Origin: a virus
Taxonomy: Duplodnaviria; Caudoviricetes
Strand: one strand, 5' to 3'
Length of the DNA: 64,000 bases
IMG/VR virus record: IMGVR_UViG_3300009678_001573
Coordinates: 31,907 to 95,906 of that record
Below the pieces are notes generated by a model that was not told the DNA's origin, did no database searches, and worked only from the letters and a program-made list of their open reading frames with translations. The translations under genes and the position numbers were made by a program. The first letter of the stretch is position 1; every line of letters starts with the position of its first letter. Shown here one piece after another: positions 49,978 to 59,933 of the stretch.

Positions 49978-52900
49978 ATGGCCATATTTCGATCATTTAA
50001 TGACTTAGTGATATCCTTTATAGAATATCTACGATTAGTCCAACCAGAACTGGATACCAAGCCGGGTACTGTATCAAGAGATTTGTTTGTTGATGCGCAA
50101 TCACAGCAGCTTGCAAATTTTTACAATGAATTGAGAAATATAGCTAGTTTACAGTCGATGTTTTCGGCCGGCGGCAACGACCTAAACAAATTAGCCTCAA
50201 ACTTCGGAGTTCGTAGATCACCAGGATCTAAAGCAACTGGTGTAGCGGTTTTTACTACAAATAATTTGGACGTAGATGTTTCTATTCCATCTGGCTCAAT
50301 AGTTACTGCTACAAATGGTATAACTTATCAAACAGTAGAAAATGCAACCATGAGTTCATCTAGCTCGAATGTGTTTAGGGCAAACGCAACTAGATTTAGA
50401 ACAGACTTAGATATGGTTGGCATTACCGATCAGTTTGCTATAGAAGTAAATTGCCAGGCACTTACTCCAGGGACATCTGGAAATATAGGTAGATTTAGTT
50501 TATCCACTCATAATATTCCTGGGATTTCTCACGCAACAAATTTACAATCATTTTCTGGCGGAAGCAATGCTGAAACGGACAGTGAATTTAGAACAAGAAT
50601 TTTAAGTATATTTGCCGGTAGTAATACTGGAACTGCACTTGGATATAGAACAGCCATATCTGTTTTAGATGGTGTTCAAGACTCTATAGTTGTGGTACCT
50701 GGTGATCCATTGTTGATTAGAGACGGTACTCAAGTAGTAACAGACACTAATGGCAATTTAATTGTTTCAGATCCTGGTTCGGGCGGCAAAGTAGATATTT
50801 ATGTTCTAGGTACTTCACTGCAGAGCCAGGTAGACTCATTTATATATAATGATGAAAGTGGCAGAGATGACCCAACGAGTCCATTGAATGACTTTGTTTT
50901 AGGTCAACGAGGACAGGATACGTCATTAAACGCGGCGCAGCGAAGAGTTACTTTGATAGAAGCAGATACACTTCCATTTCAGCCAGTAGAAAATATTCTT
51001 TCCATAAGTGGTAGTTTATCTGGTCCAAATTTTGTAGAAAAATTTACTGACACTCAAGGTAGAACTCGCGGTAACTTTGAGTTAGTAAAAGATGAAGGTG
51101 ATTTCGGCGGAAGTCCATTCGGATTTGATCGTATTCACTTTATATCAAATAAAATTGAATTAAATGATGAAGATATATCTAAGGGCGTATTTAACGGAAC
51201 CGATGCACTTTCATTTTCTGATGTAGAGGAGATTAGGGAAGTTACACAAGATATTTTAGTAACTAACGAAAACTCTACAACCAATAACGCAAATCGTAGC
51301 CAGGTTATCTTACGACATACTCCAATTAGAACTGTAAGCAGAGTTGTGAATCTAACAACCGGCGAACGATATGTTATTGAGAATCAAAATCCTGATGGAG
51401 TGTCAGGAGAATTAAATACTACTGGAAAAATAACTATTAGCGGTAGTACACTTCCTGTAGGTACTGACGTTTTACAAGTAGACTATACTTGGGTTAAGCC
51501 CTACGATAATTTCTTTGATTTTGATAATCTAAAAGATTTTAATATCAATAGAACCGTACAAGACTCTGTGGATTGGGGTTTTGGTAATCTTGTGGCTAAC
51601 GAACCGGCAGTTGTAGAAGTTGATGATGATGGAAATTATATAGTTGTATTGACACATCCAATTTCTAAAATATTATCCATTAATACATTTCAAACCGATA
51701 CATCAGTCGTTAGCAGTGGATCTGTACAAGTAGATGATTCGGTAACTAATATTATAGACATTCGAAGATCATCTGACAATGCAGAATTGTTCAATACTGA
51801 TAGTGGAGATGGGACGTTATCTGGAACTTCTGCAATTATTTTACCAACTGATTCATTAGCAGAAGATGATGATGCCGTAACTGTACGATTTAATGCCACT
51901 GATATATTTGCTCCAGATGGATACGATCCTGGCACCTTTATAGATAATATTGTAACCCTTACACCTAATATAGTTGCTGAAGGTACGCCAGTTCTAGTAA
52001 ATTATGTGGCCAATGTATTTACTTTGTTTCCAGAGACCAATATATCAGAGCTTCCAGTAAATAGAGATGAAAATAAATTCTTATTGGGTGCGGAAGAAGT
52101 CGGAGAGCAACCAACCTCAAATATTTTTGATACCGATGGTAATATTATCAATAATCTTCGTAGAGCTTCCTCTCATTTACGAGTAACTGTTGGGGCCACT
52201 ACCTCTAATGGAAGTATAACTATCTCCGGAACCTCAATAAGAAAAGTGACAGATGCGCTAGTTACTGTAACTGCTGGTTCTGGATTTGAGGTAGACCTAA
52301 CTCAGGCTATAAAAGCGGATATGGGAGTATCTACTATTCCATCTACTGTTAAAGTTGCTATATTAAGAAAGCTTGAAAGGGTTAATTTAAATAATCTAGA
52401 TCAAGTAGCATCAGTAGATAATGATTACGATATTATTAACTATACTATAAAGGATAACTCATTAGATATGAATATTGCTCTTGAAGACGCCTCTTTGAGT
52501 ACAACCAAGGTGGCATTGGCAGAAACCCCAGACAATACTCAAGCAATTTTTAATACCGGTGATATTATTAGAGTTACTTTCTACTATATAAATACATCAG
52601 ATTCAGAGCTATTATTCTTTTCACGAAATGGCACTCAAATAACTAATAAGATATTCGTGAATATAGCCAAGATTTCACTTGGCGCAGGCTTCCAAAATGC
52701 TGCAGGCGAAATAGAGGGCACCATAGCTATTACCAATTTTAACCAGCCTATTAATAATACAACATATAGTGCAGACTATGATTATATAGCACCAAAGGAA
52801 AATGAGCGAATTACTATTACTTTTAATCATAATCAGCTTATTAATCAGTCTACTTTGGCTATTGAGAATGTAAGGCCAATTACGGCAGATGTTCTTATTA

Positions 52901-53208
52901 AGGCTGCTCAGGCGAAGGATATTGATGTCAGTATACGTATTGTATTGTTGTCAGAATTCCTTGACCAAGAGCAAACTGTCATACAGGATGCTATAGATGC
53001 TGTTTCTGCGTTCCTTAACACAAATAGCTTGGGCTCCACTATAGATGCATCTGACGTTACGAATGTTTTATATACGGTCAGTGGAATTGACAGAGTACAA
53101 ATGATTAACTTTTCAACCGGAAGTAGTGGAAACGTTTTAAGCATTACGGCACAGAAGAATGAATTTTTGCGAGCGGGAACTATTACTATAGTTACTGAGG
53201 AGAGATAA
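49978..53208 (+). CDS. baseplate J-like wedge protein (1076 aa)
   Basis: DLNKLASNFGVRRSPGSKATGVAVF...IPSG..V...PGTSGNI...FSGGSNAETDSEFRTR, GGKVDIYV and the C-terminal LGSTIDASDV...VSGIDRV are Baseplate_J motifs. Confidence 0.88.
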   Translation: MAIFRSFNDLVISFIEYLRLVQPELDTKPGTVSRDLFVDAQSQQLANFYNELRNIASLQSMFSAGGNDLNKLASNFGVRRSPGSKATGVAVFTTNNLDVDVSIPSGSIVTATNGITYQTVENATMSSSSSNVFRANATRFRTDLDMVGITDQFAIEVNCQALTPGTSGNIGRFSLSTHNIPGISHATNLQSFSGGSNAETDSEFRTRILSIFAGSNTGTALGYRTAISVLDGVQDSIVVVPGDPLLIRDGTQVVTDTNGNLIVSDPGSGGKVDIYVLGTSLQSQVDSFIYNDESGRDDPTSPLNDFVLGQRGQDTSLNAAQRRVTLIEADTLPFQPVENILSISGSLSGPNFVEKFTDTQGRTRGNFELVKDEGDFGGSPFGFDRIHFISNKIELNDEDISKGVFNGTDALSFSDVEEIREVTQDILVTNENSTTNNANRSQVILRHTPIRTVSRVVNLTTGERYVIENQNPDGVSGELNTTGKITISGSTLPVGTDVLQVDYTWVKPYDNFFDFDNLKDFNINRTVQDSVDWGFGNLVANEPAVVEVDDDGNYIVVLTHPISKILSINTFQTDTSVVSSGSVQVDDSVTNIIDIRRSSDNAELFNTDSGDGTLSGTSAIILPTDSLAEDDDAVTVRFNATDIFAPDGYDPGTFIDNIVTLTPNIVAEGTPVLVNYVANVFTLFPETNISELPVNRDENKFLLGAEEVGEQPTSNIFDTDGNIINNLRRASSHLRVTVGATTSNGSITISGTSIRKVTDALVTVTAGSGFEVDLTQAIKADMGVSTIPSTVKVAILRKLERVNLNNLDQVASVDNDYDIINYTIKDNSLDMNIALEDASLSTTKVALAETPDNTQAIFNTGDIIRVTFYYINTSDSELLFFSRNGTQITNKIFVNIAKISLGAGFQNAAGEIEGTIAITNFNQPINNTTYSADYDYIAPKENERITITFNHNQLINQSTLAIENVRPITADVLIKAAQAKDIDVSIRIVLLSEFLDQEQTVIQDAIDAVSAFLNTNSLGSTIDASDVTNVLYTVSGIDRVQMINFSTGSSGNVLSITAQKNEFLRAGTITIVTEER

Positions 53209-53211
53209 TAT

Positions 53212-56200
53212 ATGGCACTTGCTATAGTGCGCATAAATAAAATTACCGTTTCAAGTATGGAAATTTTATTCTCTGATGAAATAGACCAGAATATTGGTAT
53301 AGCAAACGTGTCTATTACGTCCCAAATAGATAGTGTTGCTAACCCAGAAATAATTTCTGTTGCTGTAGAAAACGATTTGGTTTCTATAACCTTCCGTCCA
53401 CTATTTCCAAACGTTCAGTACAAGATAATCTTCAGCAGTACAGATGAGCAGCCATTCCAAACTATTAATGGTGATAGAATTACTGAAGATGGTAATCGCA
53501 ATAGCTTGTTCTTCTCAAGTCCAGGCGAAGATGAAAACGTCATCCGCGATACTATGTTGAATAATATTTCGGTTATTTATGAGACTGAGGAGCCATCTGT
53601 AGTACGTACGGTTATTACAGGTATAGCGAACGAATTTCAAAAATCATCTGATGCACTTCAAACTGTCAAATCAGCAAACTATATATCAGTAGATGTTGCG
53701 GATGAGCGACTTATAAGAGACGATGGACCGATAGATAAATTTGCTAACGGCGGAGTTTATGAAGTATTACGAGTTGCATCTGTTCCAACTGGCTCAAGTG
53801 TCGCAGGATCCATTGAATTTAATGATGCCAGAATTCAAGGTTTCCAAGTAAATGCTACCACTATTGTTAATTCTGTAATAGGAAGCCTAACAGAAGATCC
53901 AATTAGTTTACAAGCTATTGAAACGATAAATGAAAGAGTTACAGACGATGCAGAGTTGAATAACTTCTTTGATGGCATGTTGATTAAAGTAGCTAATCGC
54001 CCGGTCATACAGGTTATATCAGTTACCCTAATTAGAGATAATGTACTGATACCGTATGACATTGAAACATTTGGATATACCCTACTCGATAACAGATATG
54101 ACACTTTGTCGGCATCTAGAAATGTAAATTTATCTGATCAGGAAATAGAATTATCTCTTAGTTCCTTAACTGGGCAGCCTGGTGGGTTTCTATTACCAAA
54201 AGTTGGAGATGAAATACGAATCTCATACGTTCATAAGAGATTAGGTAGAGATATTACAACTGATAGTGTTCAGCTAAGTACAATTAAAAATGTTGTTAGA
54301 GAACTAACTCCGGCTACTATTACAAAATTTTCTTTGAAGCATGCACCGATAGTAGCATCAAATGATGAGATTCCAGTATCCGATGGTGTTGTATTTTTAA
54401 ATACTCAGGCTGCAGATGACCAACCTCCATTTGCCACTATACATCCAGCATTTACAAGGGAAATTAGATTTAGTCTTAGCAGATTACCCGCTAGAGCTGG
54501 AGAATATAGCGTTAACTATGAAACTGGGGAGGTATTTGTATTCGGTGCCGATCAAAATAATGATGGTACTGGAGACGACCCGCCAGTAGCTAACTACACC
54601 TATCGTCAAATATTTACAAATAATCTCGATTATACCTTTAATAGTGATAGAGATGAGCTTGCTGTAAAGAGTATTAGAAATATAAGTGGCATTGATGCCA
54701 AAATTTCATTTGATTATGAGGATACATTTGCTGAAGGTGAAGATTATCGCTTCTTGTCACATATCGAGGCCCTAAACGAAAGAGTTGAAAATAGACTTAT
54801 TGAAGACTTAAAAATACAAACTAAAAATTTCCCAGTTACAGACGTATTTCGTATTTTCAACGAAACAACTGGAGAAATATATACGCCCGTACGATTTAAT
54901 GATAATTCCATATCATTTACTGGTCGTAAGGTTCCAAGACAACGAGATATAACCAGAGAGCGCGCAACCTTTGCCAGAATTCCACAAGAAACTTTGTTAG
55001 TTTCCGATGAATTAGAAAATACTATTGGTTTGAAAATATTTAAGATAGAATTGGAAAATAGAGGTATCACAGACAACCAAGGAAGATTTATAGGTGCTAA
55101 CTTTGACTCTTCTGTTCTATTTTCTGATACAAGCATCTTTATTAATGAAATGTTTTATGAAGATGACTTATTTGATAGCGTTGATGTTAATTTGGATAGG
55201 CTGGAACAAGAAGGCGACTATCTAATAGATTATAATAATGGAATAGTTTATGTTGCTGTTTCTGATGAACAAAATACCAATATCGGTGATGTAACTTACC
55301 AGTATAAGAGTATTCAAACAAGAAACAAGCATATCCTCAGAGCTTATAATATTTATAGAAGCTCCAGTGTTCTTCGACCAAATATTAGAGACTATACTAT
55401 CGGAGCTATAAGCGATTCATCAGTAGATATTGTTAACTTAGAGGAAGTTGGTGAGCGTTTTATAGATGGTAATCCATCAAGAGTTGTTATTGTTGGTAGC
55501 TATCAAAATGGCGAAGATGGCATTACTACTGATGGCATAGCTATCTTTACCTCCAATACTGCTGTGTTTACAACAGATGATTTGCAAAGAACTTTAATTG
55601 TGGGATCAAGTACCCAGTCACCAGTCGAAGAAGCAACTATTACAGGCATTATCAATTCTCATCAGGTGACTGTTGATATTCCATTTGCTGTCACTAATAC
55701 CGGTAGAGTATGGAATGTTGTAGACTTATCAGAAGATGCTGAAAAAATAATAACACTTGGTAATGATATCTTGTCAGTCAAGAATATCTATTTGGTTGGA
55801 CAGCTTGGAACAGTCCCTGCCTCTGAGCTGGATGGTTATTTTGATATTTCTCGTGATAGTATAGATGGAAATACCATCTTGTTAGGAGAAGATAATCCAT
55901 TAAGCGTTGGTGATGCTGTAATTGTAAATTATAATTACGGTGAAGTTTATATTGATTATAGACATCTACAAGACGAATTGTTAATATCATATGAATATGG
56001 CAACAATAGTCTAGATTGGAGCATTAGTGATTCTCTCGCTCCAGAGGAAGAATACTTTGTTACTTATAGATACGGAGCTTTAAGAGAGCCACTACTAGCA
56101 AACTTTGGAGCTCTAACACAGATTCCAGAGCTTACAACCTTCTCCCCAAATCTAGATAGAGAAACATATCGTTCTGTGGTCGGTGGAACCCTACAGTCTT

Positions 56201-59200
56201 TTATAGAAGGCCCAACTATTCCCTCTATAGAAAGGCTAGTAGAATCATTTACTGATGTCACTCCAAATATTAATGAAGCAGCTTTCAATAATTGGGTGTT
56301 AGGGCGAGATAACTTACATTTACGCGATGTTGAAATTTCTAATGGCACACTATTCGATATCGGAAGATATGATAATGGTGTTGTTGTAGAGGGCGATAAG
56401 AATGTTAGAGTGCCAGCTCTCGCGCACTTTAGATTAAATGAAGGAACTCTTGAAACATGGGTAAGACCTGATTGGAAAGGATTAGCTAATGACGCATCTC
56501 TTACTTTTGATATAGCTATAAATGATGAGGCTGATGCAGAACAAGTATTTATTGGCTTTTCAAGCACAAATCCGGCTCAAATACCATTCACTTTAAATAT
56601 TGACGACCCATCCGTATTCGGTGAGCCAGCTAATATTGAAGATGAAGTCGGTTATTTTATATGGTTTGATGAATTTGCTAATACATGGAATATGCGTTGG
56701 CGCGGTTCTTTAACCGAATATCACTCATTTACTGGTACCATTACAACTACTGGCGAATTTTATAATGTTAAAAATCCAGTTGGTGAAGATGGATACGAAA
56801 TTAATGAAATTACCGATACTATAACTAGTTCTATTAAAACTATAAGATTTGAAGCAACAATAGATGCTCACGAAGACGGCGCTGGTAATAGTATAGATGG
56901 TGGAAACTTCACTGATACGGAGTTTGCTGCTATTTATAATGGTGGTGGTTTTAAGACTTCTACCTTTGAATACACATTTGATGGTGGTGACTTCCTTGAT
57001 ACCGAATTCTCTCCAGAACAACAGCCTGGATTCTCAACAGATGGTATTTCGTTTGCTTCTGATGACCAACACTTTATATTCGATATGGCAGCAAGACCAG
57101 AATCAAATAGAGTTTCTTTGTATAAGGATGGCACAGGATATTTAAACTTCCAAGTATTTGATAATCGTGCTTTGTCTTCAGATAATGTAGGATTCTATAA
57201 TTTATCCACTAATATAAGAGACTGGCAGGCAAGTGAGCCCCATCATTTAGCTATGGCCTGGAAATTTAATTCTGTAGATGAGCGAGATGAAATGCATTTA
57301 TTCGTTGATGGGGAAGAGGTGCCAAACTTATTCAAATTCGGTGGAAATCCAAAGGCAAGTAGTGCTTATGATTTTGGTGATGTTGGTGAAGAAATCATTA
57401 CCTCTGCTGCTACTAGACCAATTGTTGGTGGTTCAGACGGCTCATCTAATGCCGGCTCCAATGTATTTGTTTCGCAAACTGTTAATTTTGTAGAATTAGG
57501 CGTTCTTGTTGGTGACTCTTTTTATATTTTAGACGATACACCAGATGGAACAGGTGATCCCAATTTTGGTACTGTATATATAATAACTGGTGTCGGGGAA
57601 AATAGTTTGTCTTTGGATAGACCACTTACCCTAACTATAGGTGATATTAACTATACAATAAATAGAATTGTCGCTACAGTTACTACCCCAGTTAATTATC
57701 AGGACTTTATAGTATTGGCCGTCGCACCAGATGGAACAGAAACTGAATTAAATGGTTTAACAGCTGATCATCCAGATTATTCTATAACCAGAGGCTCTGA
57801 TAACTCTCATATAATATCAATTAATAATGGTGTAGCAGAGGGTTATGCAATTCTCATAAAAACTTTGGGCTTATTATTTAGAAGATGTCGCGAAAAAATA
57901 TTCGTGTACTCTGAGTCTGATGAGATTAGGGTTAATGCAGCTGCTCCAATGAACTTAAATGATGTTAGCATTACTGCTATTATATTACCAAGAACATTAA
58001 TTACGGCAGATGGCTATGATGGCTATACTGGATTTGATACCATACAAATTGATATTGATAATCAAGATATTTCTATTTTACAATCTACTTTTACAGATGT
58101 ATGTCAACCAAGCAATAACGCTAATGGTAAAAAATTAGCGGTAACCTTATCTGGAGATAATATCAATTATGATATACCGGACAATAAGGTTACAATACGA
58201 GGAACGACTTATTCTGGTGCGGCGGAAGAAATTATCACCTTCACTGATAATGGCACTATTGTTACTAGCGAGTATTGGTTTACAATAGATACAATTACTG
58301 TTTCAGCTGTATTAATTGACCCAACCCAATCAGCCGGCATGGTAGAAATCAAAGAAAATATACCATTAACCAAATCAGAAAATAACGGAGATTATGCTGA
58401 AGTTGTAGAATACTCAAATGGCATATTCAGATTAGAAATATTTGGTTCAGCTGGAATGCCATTCGTGCTTCATGGGCATTGTTATTATATCATAGATTAT
58501 CCTTCATTCTTACGCGTAAGACTCAATAATCAGCCAGACCAATTCTTCATTGGCAGTGATTACTCTGGTGCTAATAGATTTGATGGTGTAATCGATGAAT
58601 TTAGAATATTAGATACAGCACTAACAGACACAAGAGTTGGTGAAACTGTACTTTCTGGAGAAGTTTCTATTACAACTGACTTTAACGAGCCTAATGCCTT
58701 TGTTAATGATGAAAACACATTATTCTTAGCGCATTTTGATACTGACGCAACTGATTCATCAGTCTTTAGAGATAGGTTCGATGAAGGCTTTGCTGTCGCC
58801 CCAAGCGTTAACGAAGACTTTGGTTATGCTATTAAAATATCTGAAAATAGACCATTTATTGTTGACAATGCCGAAGCGGTATTCAATAATAATGAGGGAA
58901 CTATTGAATTTTGGGTAAGTCCAATAGATGACAATGCTAATGACCCAAATTTCCATTATTATATAGATATGTCCCCGGTTATTATCGAGGAATTGGTCTC
59001 TGCAACGAGCACTATAGTGATTGCCCCACAACGAGTGCGAAGTGTTGAAAGCGTAAGACTAGTAACCGATACTGCTAATACTGGCACAAACTTCTTTACT
59101 AGCGGAAGTATATCTAATGTTGATAGAAAAACAATAACATTAGGAATACCACTTCCAAATCAGAATATGCCAGTTAAGATAACCTATACTCCGCTAAACA

Positions 59201-59916
59201 GCCAGGGCGATAGGGTAAGCGTATACAGAGACCCAAATGGTTTCGTTAACTTCTTCATGAGAGCCTCTGGTGTTGATCATCTAGTAAGTGTTCATACCAA
59301 TTGGAAACGTCATACTTGGCACCGCATAATGGTTATGTGGCGCACCAATAGCCTTGATAATGAAGATAGATTGCGCTTATTTGTAGACGGTGATGAACGC
59401 GGCACTATTAAGTATGGGACCGGATTAATATACGGCACTGGTGTTATTTATGGTGAAGCCGAAGTAAGACCTGGTGTAAATCGCTTTATCGTAGACAATA
59501 TTGATTTAACCGATACATTCTCGCAGATATTCATAGGCACAGATACATTAGGCGTACATGGTGCTAGGGCAAGACTGGATAATATAAGATTCTCAGAAAT
59601 AGAAAGATTGCAATCAGTTAGACTTACTACTAACGGCGCATTTGATGTTAATTTCACATCTAATACTGAATTCGTAGAACCAGTTGTTGAAGATTCCAAT
59701 ACTACTGGATTATTTGACTTTAATAAGGAAGAAGGCGATATAGAGTTTCTAGCAACCTTGATAAATGCAGAGAGGGGTATTTTCAGATTTGAGGTTGAAG
59801 TTATAGACTCGTTTGATAAGGTGATAGGTAATGCACAATTGGAAGAATTGCTTAAGGGCTTGATAGATACTATTAAGCCAGCTCACACCGAGTCAATAAT
59901 TAAATTTACTAAGTAA
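53212..59916 (+). CDS. large baseplate wedge protein (2234 aa) with two LamG/concanavalin-like domains and a gpI-like C-terminus
   Basis: Contains LLANFGAL...RETYRSVV....GPTIPSIERLV, LamG motifs (EGTLETWVRP, HHLAMAW...LFVDG, FIGSD...FDGVIDEFRI; EGTIEFWVSP, WHRIMVMW...LFVDG, LDNIRFS) and the terminal IKPAHT. Confidence 0.75.
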   Translation: MALAIVRINKITVSSMEILFSDEIDQNIGIANVSITSQIDSVANPEIISVAVENDLVSITFRPLFPNVQYKIIFSSTDEQPFQTINGDRITEDGNRNSLFFSSPGEDENVIRDTMLNNISVIYETEEPSVVRTVITGIANEFQKSSDALQTVKSANYISVDVADERLIRDDGPIDKFANGGVYEVLRVASVPTGSSVAGSIEFNDARIQGFQVNATTIVNSVIGSLTEDPISLQAIETINERVTDDAELNNFFDGMLIKVANRPVIQVISVTLIRDNVLIPYDIETFGYTLLDNRYDTLSASRNVNLSDQEIELSLSSLTGQPGGFLLPKVGDEIRISYVHKRLGRDITTDSVQLSTIKNVVRELTPATITKFSLKHAPIVASNDEIPVSDGVVFLNTQAADDQPPFATIHPAFTREIRFSLSRLPARAGEYSVNYETGEVFVFGADQNNDGTGDDPPVANYTYRQIFTNNLDYTFNSDRDELAVKSIRNISGIDAKISFDYEDTFAEGEDYRFLSHIEALNERVENRLIEDLKIQTKNFPVTDVFRIFNETTGEIYTPVRFNDNSISFTGRKVPRQRDITRERATFARIPQETLLVSDELENTIGLKIFKIELENRGITDNQGRFIGANFDSSVLFSDTSIFINEMFYEDDLFDSVDVNLDRLEQEGDYLIDYNNGIVYVAVSDEQNTNIGDVTYQYKSIQTRNKHILRAYNIYRSSSVLRPNIRDYTIGAISDSSVDIVNLEEVGERFIDGNPSRVVIVGSYQNGEDGITTDGIAIFTSNTAVFTTDDLQRTLIVGSSTQSPVEEATITGIINSHQVTVDIPFAVTNTGRVWNVVDLSEDAEKIITLGNDILSVKNIYLVGQLGTVPASELDGYFDISRDSIDGNTILLGEDNPLSVGDAVIVNYNYGEVYIDYRHLQDELLISYEYGNNSLDWSISDSLAPEEEYFVTYRYGALREPLLANFGALTQIPELTTFSPNLDRETYRSVVGGTLQSFIEGPTIPSIERLVESFTDVTPNINEAAFNNWVLGRDNLHLRDVEISNGTLFDIGRYDNGVVVEGDKNVRVPALAHFRLNEGTLETWVRPDWKGLANDASLTFDIAINDEADAEQVFIGFSSTNPAQIPFTLNIDDPSVFGEPANIEDEVGYFIWFDEFANTWNMRWRGSLTEYHSFTGTITTTGEFYNVKNPVGEDGYEINEITDTITSSIKTIRFEATIDAHEDGAGNSIDGGNFTDTEFAAIYNGGGFKTSTFEYTFDGGDFLDTEFSPEQQPGFSTDGISFASDDQHFIFDMAARPESNRVSLYKDGTGYLNFQVFDNRALSSDNVGFYNLSTNIRDWQASEPHHLAMAWKFNSVDERDEMHLFVDGEEVPNLFKFGGNPKASSAYDFGDVGEEIITSAATRPIVGGSDGSSNAGSNVFVSQTVNFVELGVLVGDSFYILDDTPDGTGDPNFGTVYIITGVGENSLSLDRPLTLTIGDINYTINRIVATVTTPVNYQDFIVLAVAPDGTETELNGLTADHPDYSITRGSDNSHIISINNGVAEGYAILIKTLGLLFRRCREKIFVYSESDEIRVNAAAPMNLNDVSITAIILPRTLITADGYDGYTGFDTIQIDIDNQDISILQSTFTDVCQPSNNANGKKLAVTLSGDNINYDIPDNKVTIRGTTYSGAAEEIITFTDNGTIVTSEYWFTIDTITVSAVLIDPTQSAGMVEIKENIPLTKSENNGDYAEVVEYSNGIFRLEIFGSAGMPFVLHGHCYYIIDYPSFLRVRLNNQPDQFFIGSDYSGANRFDGVIDEFRILDTALTDTRVGETVLSGEVSITTDFNEPNAFVNDENTLFLAHFDTDATDSSVFRDRFDEGFAVAPSVNEDFGYAIKISENRPFIVDNAEAVFNNNEGTIEFWVSPIDDNANDPNFHYYIDMSPVIIEELVSATSTIVIAPQRVRSVESVRLVTDTANTGTNFFTSGSISNVDRKTITLGIPLPNQNMPVKITYTPLNSQGDRVSVYRDPNGFVNFFMRASGVDHLVSVHTNWKRHTWHRIMVMWRTNSLDNEDRLRLFVDGDERGTIKYGTGLIYGTGVIYGEAEVRPGVNRFIVDNIDLTDTFSQIFIGTDTLGVHGARARLDNIRFSEIERLQSVRLTTNGAFDVNFTSNTEFVEPVVEDSNTTGLFDFNKEEGDIEFLATLINAERGIFRFEVEVIDSFDKVIGNAQLEELLKGLIDTIKPAHTESIIKFTK

Positions 59917-59933
59917 CTTGAGGGAGTAATAAA

